A stretch of DNA of 32,000 nt, from contig OY969938.1 in NCBI GenBank assembly GCA_963704755.1, forward strand, positions 1,320,001 to 1,352,000, in the 5' to 3' direction. This document shows, one piece after another, positions 1-8,685 of the stretch (position 1 is the stretch's first letter; each line of letters begins with the position of its first letter). The stretch is from an uncultured Chloroflexia bacterium. GTDB taxonomy: Bacteria; Chloroflexota; Anaerolineae; Anaerolineales; Anaerolineaceae. Position numbers and translations under genes: made by a program. The notes below the pieces were generated by a model, which worked only from the letters and a program-made list of their open reading frames with translations, made no database searches and was not told where the DNA came from.

Positions 1-1232
1 GTGCAACCCGTTCGGTCGCCAAGATCGTTGACCTGGTCAGCGTGGCCCTCCAGCTCTTGCCCGAAGACCGGCGGCCCGAGATCATTTACGCCGGTAATCA
101 CAACCTGGCCCATAACGTCACCGACCTGTTGAGCAAGTATACCGAAATACAGGAAGCGCCCAACATCCGTCCAAGCATCGAAGTCGAGCATCTCGACCCG
201 GCCCGGGCCGTGCTGGCCGACATCACCCGCCAGATCCGTACCCACCAGTTGGGTGGATTGCAATCCTACGCCTCGATTTGCGCCGTAGAGCCACAGCCGG
301 TCGCGGTGGCCTTGGGCCGTTTGATCCGCTTCCTCTCGGGGATCAACAACTCGAAAAGAGGCGTTTTAGGCGTCAACCTGGGCGGCGGGGATACCATTAT
401 CGCCAGCGCCCGGAATGGCCAGATGAACTTGAGCACCTTACCGGTCGGCCTGGGCGGTGGCCTGAGCAAGGCTTTGAACACCATTACCCTGGAAAACGTC
501 GTCCGCTGGCTGCCCATGCACATTGCCGACGAGGTCGTGCGCGATTACCTCTACCAAAAGGCACTGGTCCCGTCGATTTTGCCGGCCACCCCGGAGACGC
601 TGGCCATCGAACAAGCCGTCTCGCGTGAAATCATTGCGGCAGCTTTACGCAACCACCTCGGCAATTATCCCCAGAGCCCCATCGTATTCGAGCCGATCCT
701 GGCAGCCGGATCGATCCTTTCTCAGGCTACCCCCGGGCAAAGCCTGCTCATCCTTCTGGATGGAATCCAGCCTTACGGGGTAACCACATTCATCCTCGAC
801 CCCTACGGTCTCGCCCCGGCCCTGGGCGCAATAGCACCGGCGAACGCGCTCCTGCCGGTACAGGTGGTTGAATCGAATGCCTTTCTTAACCTGGGCACGG
901 TCTTTAGCCCGATCAGCAACGCCAAATATGGCACGCCTATCCTCAAAGTGCGGGTCGAATACGAGGTCGGCGAAGATGTCAGCCTGGAAGTCCGGCAAGG
1001 GGGTATTACCGTATTACCCATCCAGCCAGGCCAGGCAGCGCGCGTGCACATGCAACCCTTGCGATCGCTGGAGATCGACCCCACTCGCCGGGAGATCCCC
1101 CGCAGCTATAAAATCATCGGCGGAGCCTGTGGGGCGATTATCGATACCCGTGGACGCCCGGTAGTGCTGCCGGCCGATACCCCCCGGCGACGTGATTTGC
1201 TCAAAAAGTGGCTGGCAGCCATGGGAGGCTAG
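1..1232 (+). CDS. MutL (glutamate mutase L)-like / actin-fold ATPase family protein, 5' end outside window
   Basis: The frame of track ORF 42..1232 is open back to base 3 (ATRSVAKIVDLVS precedes the GTG at 42), so the gene enters from upstream. Gly-rich loops GVNLGGGDTIIA and PVGLGGGLSKA recall the MutL/ASKHA family. Recognised by eye only. Confidence 0.45.
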   Translation, partial: ATRSVAKIVDLVSVALQLLPEDRRPEIIYAGNHNLAHNVTDLLSKYTEIQEAPNIRPSIEVEHLDPARAVLADITRQIRTHQLGGLQSYASICAVEPQPVAVALGRLIRFLSGINNSKRGVLGVNLGGGDTIIASARNGQMNLSTLPVGLGGGLSKALNTITLENVVRWLPMHIADEVVRDYLYQKALVPSILPATPETLAIEQAVSREIIAAALRNHLGNYPQSPIVFEPILAAGSILSQATPGQSLLILLDGIQPYGVTTFILDPYGLAPALGAIAPANALLPVQVVESNAFLNLGTVFSPISNAKYGTPILKVRVEYEVGEDVSLEVRQGGITVLPIQPGQAARVHMQPLRSLEIDPTRREIPRSYKIIGGACGAIIDTRGRPVVLPADTPRRRDLLKKWLAAMGG

Positions 1233-1283
1233 CCTTGCGAGACGATGGTATGAATATTGCACCTACGAGCGAAAGGTAATGCG

Positions 1284-2333
1284 ATGATTGCTCCAGTAAC
1301 CCATATCCTGCCACTGACCCAGATCCGCCGTTCGCGGATGCTGCCTGTTAAAGGCCGCGTCCTGGTGCGAGTCGGCCAAAAGGTGAATGCTTCGGACGTG
1401 GTTGCCGAAGCGGATATGCCTGGGGCACACGTCATTATCGACGTACGGCGAATTTTTGGCATCCGCCGTCCGGAGCAATTGGTCCAGGTGATCGAACGCA
1501 AAGCCGGCGACCACGTGGAAATGGGAGATATCCTGGCTCAAACAGGCGGGATCCTTTCCAGAGTAATCCGGGCCCCAGCCAGTGGTAAAGTCATCGCCAT
1601 CCATCGCGGCCAGGTCATCCTGGAAAAAACCGGCAATCGCCTGGAACTCAAAGCCGGCTTGAATGGCGTCATTAGCGAAGTACTGCCGGAACGTGGGGTG
1701 ATCGTCGAGGCTAACGGTGCGCTCATCCAGGGTGCCTGGGGCAACGGCAAAATCAATCTTGGCATGTTGAATTTCATGCTGAAATCACCGGATGAGGAAT
1801 TAACCCGCTCCAACCTGGACGTGACCGCGCGAGGATCGGTCGTCATTGCCGGCTATGTCTCCCAGGCAGATACACTCCAGGCGGCCGATGAGTTAATTTT
1901 GCGTGGGTTGGTTTTGAGCAGTATGTCCTCGAGCCTGGTCGATATGGCGCTCAAAGTCAGCTATCCGATCGTCTTGATCGAGGGGTTTGGGCGGTCTCCA
2001 CTCAATTCGGCTGCCTACCGCCTCCTTTCTGCGCACGACAAGCGGGACGTTTCTATTGACGCTTCCTGGAACCCCAACCGCAGTGAGCGGCCGGAGATCT
2101 TTGTGCCGCTGCCGTCCAACGGTGTTGCGCCTAAAGAAGCCATTGAGTTTGCCATCGGCCAGACCATTCGAGTCATCGCCCCGCCATATACCGGCCAGAT
2201 TGGTTCCATCAGCACATTTCACCCCGGTCAAACCCGTTTACCGAATGGATTACGCACATCCGCGGCAGAGGTCGAACTTGAAACCGGCCAATTCGTGACC
2301 GTTCCACTGGCCAACCTGGATGTGCTAGAATAA
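1284..2333 (+). CDS. hypothetical protein (barrel-sandwich/lipoyl-like N-terminal segment, KOW-like C-terminal segment)
   Basis: The track ORF begins at TTG 1257. ATG 1284 (MIAPVTH) follows AAAGG by 7 nt and lies 52 nt after the upstream stop. Beta-rich repeats (VKGRVLVRVGQKV, SGKVIAIHRGQVILE) and a C-terminal GQTIRVIAPPYTGQIGSI motif are present. No family recognised. Confidence 0.6.
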   Translation: MIAPVTHILPLTQIRRSRMLPVKGRVLVRVGQKVNASDVVAEADMPGAHVIIDVRRIFGIRRPEQLVQVIERKAGDHVEMGDILAQTGGILSRVIRAPASGKVIAIHRGQVILEKTGNRLELKAGLNGVISEVLPERGVIVEANGALIQGAWGNGKINLGMLNFMLKSPDEELTRSNLDVTARGSVVIAGYVSQADTLQAADELILRGLVLSSMSSSLVDMALKVSYPIVLIEGFGRSPLNSAAYRLLSAHDKRDVSIDASWNPNRSERPEIFVPLPSNGVAPKEAIEFAIGQTIRVIAPPYTGQIGSISTFHPGQTRLPNGLRTSAAEVELETGQFVTVPLANLDVLE

Positions 2334-2355
2334 ACTTAAGTGAGGAGAGGCACCC

Positions 2356-2994
2356 ATGAGCGTGGATAATAATTTCGACGATAATCAATTCGAGGAATAC
2401 CGCGATGCCTTCGAGCCGGAGCCCGGCGAAGAAGGCGGAGGAGAGGGCGGTCCTGGCGGCGGACGTAACAACCGGCCTTTTATCGCAGCCGTAGCCGTCA
2501 TCGGCGGAATTTTCCTGGTAGCAATTATCGCTCTAGTGGCATACATTTTGTTGAATGGCGGCAACCGCGCCGCTCAGGTGCAAAACGACACCGCTCAAAT
2601 CGATGCTGAAAATACTGCCATTGCCCAACAAGCCACGCAGCTATTCCAGGGCGAGATTTTGCAGCTTACCGAAAAAGCCATTCCCTCGACTACCCCAACC
2701 CCGACGGCAGTGATTGCCGTACCGACCACCACGCCTGCCCCGACCGAAACCCTGGTCGTGAATGCGATCGGCGATGCGGAACGAACCGCAACGGTCGCAG
2801 CGTTTCTGACTTCGGTCGCGGTGGTCACTTCAACCGCACAGGGAACCCCAGCCTCGGCTGCCGCTACCGCTACTGCGCTGCCAACCACCGGCATTATGGA
2901 TAATGTCGGTCTGCCCGGTATGCTGGCCGCAGCCGTGCTGCTGATCGTGGTGTTGTTTGTCGCCCGCCGCATCCGGCTTTCGACTAACCAGTAG
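2356..2994 (+). CDS. surface protein with N-terminal TM anchor, Thr/Pro/Ala-rich region and C-terminal LPXTG-type sorting signal
   Basis: ATG is preceded by GAGGAGAGG. The protein has an acidic/Gly-rich N-terminus, a TM helix (FIAAVAVIGGIFLVAIIALVAYILL) and a TTPTPT/TTTPAPT linker. The C-terminus is LPTTG (2878..2892), then a hydrophobic stretch, then an RRIR tail. Confidence 0.7.
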   Translation: MSVDNNFDDNQFEEYRDAFEPEPGEEGGGEGGPGGGRNNRPFIAAVAVIGGIFLVAIIALVAYILLNGGNRAAQVQNDTAQIDAENTAIAQQATQLFQGEILQLTEKAIPSTTPTPTAVIAVPTTTPAPTETLVVNAIGDAERTATVAAFLTSVAVVTSTAQGTPASAAATATALPTTGIMDNVGLPGMLAAAVLLIVVLFVARRIRLSTNQ

Positions 2995-3062
2995 AATTAG
3001 TTCATCTGCCAAAAAAAAATCCGGTTATTATCCATGACCGGCCTCTTTCCATCCCCTTTACC

Positions 3063-3096
3063 AAAATCTCCCCGGTGAATACGCCGGGGAGATTTT
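3063..3096. terminator. bidirectional intrinsic terminator (perfect 13-bp stem aaaatctccccgg / ccggggagatttt)
   Basis: Arms at 3063-3075 and 3084-3096 with an 8-nt loop. An A-tract forms the left end of the stem and a T-tract the right end. It lies about 70 nt after the stop of 2356..2994. Confidence 0.7.
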
Positions 3097-3246
3097 GGTA
3101 ACCCTGTCTCAAAATTTGTCCATTCGGTCATGTTTTCAATGCATATGGGTGCTCTTTAAGCATTGCAGAAACACCCTCTCATTTTTAAACAACCTGAGCA
3201 GTTTTGGCATTTGATAATTGCTTCTACCCGGATAGGAATATAAGTG

Positions 3247-3275
3247 TTGAAAAAATAATTGAAGTAATGTAAAAT
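3247..3275 (+). promoter_or_regulatory. sigma70-type promoter of the toxin-antitoxin pair (TTGAAA-N17-TAAAAT)
   Basis: TTGAAA at 3247-3252, an exact 17-nt spacer, and TAAAAT at 3270-3275. It lies about 50 nt upstream of the GTG start at 3326, in an AT-rich tract. Confidence 0.55.
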
Positions 3276-3325
3276 ATATTCGCCAACATACTCCACTGAA
3301 GTACAGCATCATCTCCGGAGGCATC

Positions 3326-3652
3326 GTGGAATTCATTGAAACCCCTCTGTTTTCGAAGCTGCTTTATGATTATTTGTCTGAGGATGAATTTCGTGACCTT
3401 CAAGGAGCACTGATCATCCAACCTGATTTAGGCAATATTATCCCTGGTTCAGGTGGGATTCGGAAACTACGCTGGGCAGTTAAAAATAGAGGTAAAAGAG
3501 GTGGATTACGAATAATATATTACTGGTTTGTCAGTGATGAAGAAATCTATTTCTTATACCTCTATCCCAAGAACAAAGAATCGGATCTTTCTTCTGATCA
3601 ATTAAGAAAGCTGAAGGCCTTAGTGGAATTAGCATTGGTTCAAAAGGATTAG
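3326..3652 (+). CDS. type II toxin, RelE/ParE superfamily (HigB-2-like)
   Basis: GTG start is 4 nt after GGAGG (3317-3321). The 108-aa protein shows the pattern IPGSGGIRKLRW...KRGGLRIIYYW...IYFLYLYPKNKESDL typical of the HigB-2/RelE (DUF1044-type) toxins. The toxin precedes the antitoxin, as in higBA. Confidence 0.8.
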   Translation: MEFIETPLFSKLLYDYLSEDEFRDLQGALIIQPDLGNIIPGSGGIRKLRWAVKNRGKRGGLRIIYYWFVSDEEIYFLYLYPKNKESDLSSDQLRKLKALVELALVQKD

Positions 3653-3654
3653 CC

Positions 3655-3951
3655 ATGGAAGAAAAAATGTTTGCTGAACTTGCCGAAAGTGTGAAGCAAA
3701 TGGGCGCGATCCGGCGCGGAGAATTGGCCCCTGCTCGGGTTACACATATTGAAAGTATCGATGTCAAGCGGATCCGGAAAAAACTCAACTTATCCCAAAG
3801 CGGATTTGCAAATTTAATGGGCATCAGTATCCGCACCTTGCAAAATTGGGAACAAGGCAGCCGTATCCCGGTAGGCCCGAGCCGTAGATTATTGGAGTTA
3901 GCGGACAAGGAACCGGAAGCATTGTTGAGAGCTTTTCAACAACAAAGATAG
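3655..3951 (+). CDS. XRE-family HTH antitoxin (HigA-2/NadS-like)
   Basis: ATG lies 2 nt after the toxin stop. The 98-aa protein has the HTH segment LNLSQSGFANLMGISIRTLQNWEQGSRIPVGPSRRLL, characteristic of the COG2944-type antitoxins paired with HigB-2. Confidence 0.8.
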   Translation: MEEKMFAELAESVKQMGAIRRGELAPARVTHIESIDVKRIRKKLNLSQSGFANLMGISIRTLQNWEQGSRIPVGPSRRLLELADKEPEALLRAFQQQR

Positions 3952-3976
3952 CCGAAATCTCCTCCAAAGGTAAAAT

Positions 3977-4022
3977 AAGGCCCCACAAGTACGATGGTAA
4001 TCATACATGTGGGGCCTTTTAT
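3977..4022 (+). terminator. intrinsic terminator after the antitoxin
   Basis: Perfect 11-bp stem aaggccccaca (3977-3987) / tgtggggcctt (4008-4018), running into TTTT (4017-4020). Confidence 0.7.
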
Positions 4023-4152
4023 ACTTTAAGTGTTACTTCGCAGGCTGCTTTAAAAAAGGAGGGTTATTTGCTTCGCACGCAAAAAATAATCAAAACACTC
4101 CTCTCATTTGCGGTAGCTGAGCATTGGCCTTAAATATTTGATTTAGGAAACG

Positions 4153-5613
4153 TTAGGCGATCGAGGCGGCGATCTTTTCGCCGTAGCCCAACAAACTCTT
4201 CACCATTTCGGACGAACGTCCTTCGGCATATACCCGCAGGACCGGTTCCGTCCCCGATGGGCGGATCAACAGCCAGGAATCATCGGAGGTGATGTACTTG
4301 ACGCCGTCACTGGAACAGACTTCGACAATCTGTTGCCCGCCAATGGCTGACGGCGCTTCTTTACACAACCGGTCGGTCATCTTGTCCTTGGCAACCGGGT
4401 ATTTAAGGCGCATATCCTTGCGTTCATAGAACGCCGGGCCAACCTCTTCCAAAAGATCGGCGACCAACTCGTTCAGGGTGCCGCCATATTTAGCCACCAT
4501 CTCCACAATCAGCAGGCCCATGATCACTCCATCCCCTTCGGGGATATGGCCCTTGAAAGAAATCCCACCGGATTCCTCGCCGCCGATTAATACGTCTTCC
4601 TTGAGCATGCGGTCGGCAATGTGATTGAAGCCTACCGGGGTCTCATAAACTTTCATGCCGTATTTCTTTGCCAGCCGGTCGATCATCCGGGTGGTCGAAA
4701 CCGTCCGTACCACCGAACCACTCCAACCACGCTCCTTGACCAGGTAACGCAGCGCCAGCGACATAATTTTATGCGGGTCCACAAATACCCCCCGCTCATC
4801 CATCGCACCGATCCGGTCGGCATCGCCATCGGTAGCCAGCCCAAAGTGGCCCGAGCCCATCGAAATAGCCCCGGCTAAAGCGCCCAGGTAGCGCGCAATC
4901 GGCTCGGGGTGGACGCCCCCGAAACCTGGGTTCATCTCACCGCGGACTTCGAAGACTTCGCAGCCGGTGCCCTGCAAAATCGAGCGGATAACCCCGCGGC
5001 CAGAGCCGTACATCGAATCGACCACAATATACTGCGGGTTTTCGGCGATGGCATCGAAATCGATTAGCTTGCGGATGTGCTCGCTGTAAGCCGGAATGGG
5101 ATTAAAGCGGCGGATCAGGCCAGCCTCGCGGGCCTGATCGAAGTCCATCAGGTTTGGCCCGCGGGCCTGCGCTTCGTTGTCGTTGAGGTAAACCTCAACC
5201 TGCCGGCACTGTTCCGGCGAAGCTGACCCGCCGAACGCGGCCTTGAGTTTGACCCCATTGTAGCGGGGCGCGTTGTGCGAAGCAGTGATCATGATTCCAC
5301 CGATCGCATTTAAATTACGCACGGCAAACGAAATCGCGGGCGTCGGTGCGTCGGCCTGGGCCAGGTAAACCGTGTACCCATTCGCCGCCAAAACCCGGGC
5401 TGCCTCAGCAGCATAGCGATCGGAAAGGAAGCGGGTATCGAAACCAACCACCATAGTCTTCGGATCCGGGCAACAATCCTTCTCATTACCATTTAGCCAG
5501 GATTCTGACGCAACTGCATCAGCGATAGCCTGGGTCACCAGGCGCAGATTATTGAACGTGAAGGTATCAGAGATAACAGCACGCCAGCCATCGGTGCCAA
5601 AATGGATCGTCAT
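4153..5613 (-). CDS. phosphoglucomutase/phosphomannomutase (alpha-D-phosphohexomutase superfamily)
   Basis: Contains the catalytic Ser loop TASHNAPRYNGVK, the Mg loop ATDGDADR and the sugar loop GGEESGG. The ORF is 486 aa with ATG at 5613. Confidence 0.88.
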   Translation of the reverse strand: MTIHFGTDGWRAVISDTFTFNNLRLVTQAIADAVASESWLNGNEKDCCPDPKTMVVGFDTRFLSDRYAAEAARVLAANGYTVYLAQADAPTPAISFAVRNLNAIGGIMITASHNAPRYNGVKLKAAFGGSASPEQCRQVEVYLNDNEAQARGPNLMDFDQAREAGLIRRFNPIPAYSEHIRKLIDFDAIAENPQYIVVDSMYGSGRGVIRSILQGTGCEVFEVRGEMNPGFGGVHPEPIARYLGALAGAISMGSGHFGLATDGDADRIGAMDERGVFVDPHKIMSLALRYLVKERGWSGSVVRTVSTTRMIDRLAKKYGMKVYETPVGFNHIADRMLKEDVLIGGEESGGISFKGHIPEGDGVIMGLLIVEMVAKYGGTLNELVADLLEEVGPAFYERKDMRLKYPVAKDKMTDRLCKEAPSAIGGQQIVEVCSSDGVKYITSDDSWLLIRPSGTEPVLRVYAEGRSSEMVKSLLGYGEKIAASIA

Positions 5614-5670
5614 ATAGTGCTCCTGTGTAAAGGAATTTCAAAACAAACTAAAGATTTTCGACCTTGTGAA

Positions 5671-5760
5671 GAAGTTCCCGAATTTGAGGTGTTTTCCGGG
5701 GCTTCGCCCCGGAAAACACCTCAAATTCGGGGTTCTTACCCATTCAGTCGAGCAATTTCA
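5671..5760. repeat. palindromic intergenic repeat, copy A (family with 9430, 21637, 31017)
   Basis: gaagttcc + cccgaatttgaggtgttttccgggg / ccccggaaaacacctcaaattcggg (about 25-bp stem, 5677-5731) + tail ttcttacccattcagtcgagcaattt. Confidence 0.85.
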
Positions 5761-5773
5761 ACGTATTTTATCA

Positions 5774-6970
5774 CTACGGCGACGGAGTCGCCGTAGCTAA
5801 AAGGGATTGAACGATCCAACCTTCCAACCCGGTTTCAGTGTGAATTTGCACCCAGGTGACTCCACCTACCCCACGGGTCGGCTCGGAAATCACCTGGACG
5901 ATATTTCCATTCAGCAGTGAGGTCAGAATTTTACCATCCGGTTCATCGCGGACAACTGCTCCATTTCCCGTAGGAGCCGCGATTAGAGCCCATACCGGTG
6001 TGGGCTCCGGCGTTACGGTCAACGTAGGCGTCGTGGTAGGGATGATGCTGGGTGTCGCGGATGCCGTTGGTTCCAATGGAATGATTTGTTCGGGTGTCAG
6101 CACGGGCGGTGCGGTGGGTTCAATGGTGTTGGTCGCCAGCGGTGTGGCGGTTTCTTCAATAACGGCGACCTGGACCGGGCCAGAGAGGTTCAGGCTCAAT
6201 ACCACTCCGGTTGCGACCAGGCCTAACAAGATCACCGAAACGGCCAGGGTATGCCCAAACAGGTTGGCCGGACGCAGCCCCATGAAATATTGGACCGCCA
6301 CGCCCACCAGGGCTGCCCAGGCCAGGTGAACCAGGAATACCAGCAGCCCATCGATCCACAGGCCGGGTACGTGGCTGGTCAGGCCAAAGCCGGCCACGCC
6401 CAGCGGCAGGACCAGCTCGTAAGCCAGGGCCACGTTGGCAACCAGCGGCTTCTGGCGCGGCGAACGGATAAGCATGTAGCTGGCCAGTCCGGCCCCAACG
6501 GCCAGGACCACAAAATCGGGCCAGGCGAACAGCGCGTGCAGTGTGGCCTGATCGTAAACCAGACCGGCCGGCAAGAGCCGGTTGATCAGCCCGGCCGCTG
6601 CGCACAACCCAAACAACACCAGCCCGGACAAGGCGAAGCTGCCCAACTCGCGTAAAAAGAATTTTCCGGATCCGATCAAGGCTCCCAAAGAAAAGGCAAA
6701 CAGCGGCCCGAGAAAAGGCGAGAGCAAGACCGCCAGCAAATACAGCGCAGGCGAGTCCAGCAAAATGCCGGCACAAAGGATCAGGCCGCCAATGAGCGTG
6801 AACAGGAAGAAATCAAAGCCCGGGGAAATCTGGCGGCGGAGCTGTTCCAGAAAGGCATCCCGCTCTTCACCGGCATGGTGCTGCCACGACCGCTGTGGTC
6901 GTGACCGGCGGGCGGATTTATTGGGATGATCTTCTTCCGAGAAAATAGGTTCGCTGGTAGGAATGCTCAT
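5774..6970 (-). CDS. DUF389-like polytopic membrane protein with C-terminal SH3b-like domain
   Basis: ATG 6970 overlaps the upstream stop (ATGA). The core LLSPFLGPLFAFSLGALIG resembles the DUF389 hallmark. A Thr/Pro-rich linker follows, then the C-terminal module GNGAVVRDEPDGKIL...GWIVQSLL, which is SH3b-like. Confidence 0.6.
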   Translation of the reverse strand: MSIPTSEPIFSEEDHPNKSARRSRPQRSWQHHAGEERDAFLEQLRRQISPGFDFFLFTLIGGLILCAGILLDSPALYLLAVLLSPFLGPLFAFSLGALIGSGKFFLRELGSFALSGLVLFGLCAAAGLINRLLPAGLVYDQATLHALFAWPDFVVLAVGAGLASYMLIRSPRQKPLVANVALAYELVLPLGVAGFGLTSHVPGLWIDGLLVFLVHLAWAALVGVAVQYFMGLRPANLFGHTLAVSVILLGLVATGVVLSLNLSGPVQVAVIEETATPLATNTIEPTAPPVLTPEQIIPLEPTASATPSIIPTTTPTLTVTPEPTPVWALIAAPTGNGAVVRDEPDGKILTSLLNGNIVQVISEPTRGVGGVTWVQIHTETGLEGWIVQSLLATATPSP

Positions 6971-7437
6971 TGTCGCAACGAAGCAATCAGACGGGTTGGC
7001 CTTTCCAGTAGATCCAGAGCTGCCAGGATATCCGGAACAAACAGATCAGCCGCCTGCAACGTAGAAACTGCGCTGCCCTCTTGGGAAAGGACACAAATAC
7101 CGATGGCTGCTTCCCGCAGCATGCCGGCGTCATTGGCCCCCTGCCCGATGGCGATAACCTGGTCAGAACCCAGGCTGCGTACAAAAGCGGACTTTTGAGC
7201 GGGCTCTTGTCCGGGGGTGAGCCGGTGGGCCTGCAAACCGAGTTGCTGGTCGATAACCGCCTGGCGCCCATGCGTATCCGCGGTAATGAGGTGGATCGCC
7301 AGGTGTTCGCGCAATTTGGCCAGGCGTTCCGTTACCCCGTCCAACAGCTCACCATCGACGGCCAGGGTACCATTGACATCGCTCACCAGGTACGCTAATT
7401 TAATTTTTCCCCGCCCAGGGACGTCGATTTCGATCAT
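6967..7437 (-). CDS. HAD-superfamily hydrolase (soluble P-type-ATPase-like, COG4087-type)
   Basis: Motif I-like SDVNGT and motif IV GQGANDAGML in a 156-aa protein. It is translationally coupled to the downstream membrane protein. Confidence 0.65.
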   Translation of the reverse strand: MIEIDVPGRGKIKLAYLVSDVNGTLAVDGELLDGVTERLAKLREHLAIHLITADTHGRQAVIDQQLGLQAHRLTPGQEPAQKSAFVRSLGSDQVIAIGQGANDAGMLREAAIGICVLSQEGSAVSTLQAADLFVPDILAALDLLERPTRLIASLRQ

Positions 7438-7579
7438 AGCGTAATTATAACATTGCCGGGCCGGCTGTGCCCACGCGGCTGCCCTGGATCAGGATGATTG
7501 CGTCCGCCTGTATCGATCTCGAGCAAACCCACCAAAATCCTCCCGCCTTAAAACCGGGTTAGCGGTTAAAATAAATACC

Positions 7580-8611
7580 ATGTCTGTAACCAAAAAAACG
7601 GCCTTAATCGCTTTCATCCTGATCGCAGCTTTCGCAGCAAATGTTCTGGCAGGCTGCAATGGCGCTGCTTCAACTCCCACGCCCACACCAGTCCCGGTGC
7701 AGGCTTCCCCAACGGCCCTCCCGACCGCAACCACTGATCCAGGCGCTGTATGGTTCATCGCCCCTGCCCAGGCCGATCCCAGCCTGAGCCAGGCCATAGC
7801 GGCCTATTTGCAGCAAGCGGCCAGCCAGGCCGGGTTGAGCTATGCCACTTACCCCGAATTCCGCCAGAGCGAATTGCCCAAAAACCTGAAAGTTGCCGTC
7901 CTGCTGGACCCGGCCAGCGAGCCGGATCCGGCCTCACTCGCGACCAGTTTGCCGGACACCCAGTTCATCCTGATTGGCGATGGGCTGCCCCAGGCCAGTG
8001 GCAATTTGAGCGTGGTCGATACCCAATTGGACCAGCGGGTGTTCGTGGCCGGTTATATCGCCACCCTGGTAGCCGACGATTTCCGCTCGGGCGGTCTTTT
8101 TTCTGAGGGCGATCCGCTGCTGGCCAGTAAACAAGACAGTTTCATGAACGGCGGACAGTACCTGTGCGGCCGCTGTGTCCCCGTTTATCCGCCCCTGGTT
8201 ACTTTTCCTCAAATCGTCACCATCCCCGCCCAGGCAGATGCCGGTGGGATGCAAACAGCTTTTGACCAGCTCAACCAGGACACGATTCAAACCCTGTACC
8301 TGCCCGCAGAGGCCTACAACACTGACTTTTTAACCTACCTGGCCGGCCAGAACGTGGCCATGTTAGGCCTTCAAACTCCGCCGGACGGATTTAGCAACAA
8401 CTGGATCACCACCGTCCAGGTGGACGCAGTCACGGCTCTCGACCAGGTCTGGTCCGCGGTGCTCGCCGGCCAGGGCGGCCAGCAAGCTGCAGCGGTGGTC
8501 AGCCTGGCGGATACCAACGCGAATTTGCTCTCCCCCGGCCGCCAGGAAATGGTCAAAGACCTCATCAGCGAACTTGCCGGCGGTTGGGTCGTCCCCGGCA
8601 GCGTCGAATAA
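7580..8611 (+). CDS. secreted lipoprotein, fold unassigned (periplasmic-binding-protein/BMP-like possible)
   Basis: Signal peptide with lipobox LAGC, a TPTPTPVP linker, and a 343-aa ORF with clean coding appearance. Confidence 0.55.
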   Translation: MSVTKKTALIAFILIAAFAANVLAGCNGAASTPTPTPVPVQASPTALPTATTDPGAVWFIAPAQADPSLSQAIAAYLQQAASQAGLSYATYPEFRQSELPKNLKVAVLLDPASEPDPASLATSLPDTQFILIGDGLPQASGNLSVVDTQLDQRVFVAGYIATLVADDFRSGGLFSEGDPLLASKQDSFMNGGQYLCGRCVPVYPPLVTFPQIVTIPAQADAGGMQTAFDQLNQDTIQTLYLPAEAYNTDFLTYLAGQNVAMLGLQTPPDGFSNNWITTVQVDAVTALDQVWSAVLAGQGGQQAAAVVSLADTNANLLSPGRQEMVKDLISELAGGWVVPGSVE

Positions 8612-8627
8612 TTTTTTGCCTAAACGG

Positions 8628-8685
8628 TTCAGGTTTGATTTTTGGCGGTTTCACCACCAAAAATCAAACCTGAATTATTCTTTTT
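8628..8685. terminator. terminator hairpin between convergent genes (perfect 18-bp stem)
   Basis: ttcaggtttgatttttgg (8628-8645) / ccaaaaatcaaacctgaa (8657-8674), followed by ttattcttttt. The T-tract is good only for the plus strand. Confidence 0.7.

Noticed and set aside
3100-4150. Prophage remnant or IS element around the TA pair
   Set aside because: No integrase, transposase, terminal inverted repeats or target-site duplication could be seen. Only the TA cassette and AT-rich spacers are present.
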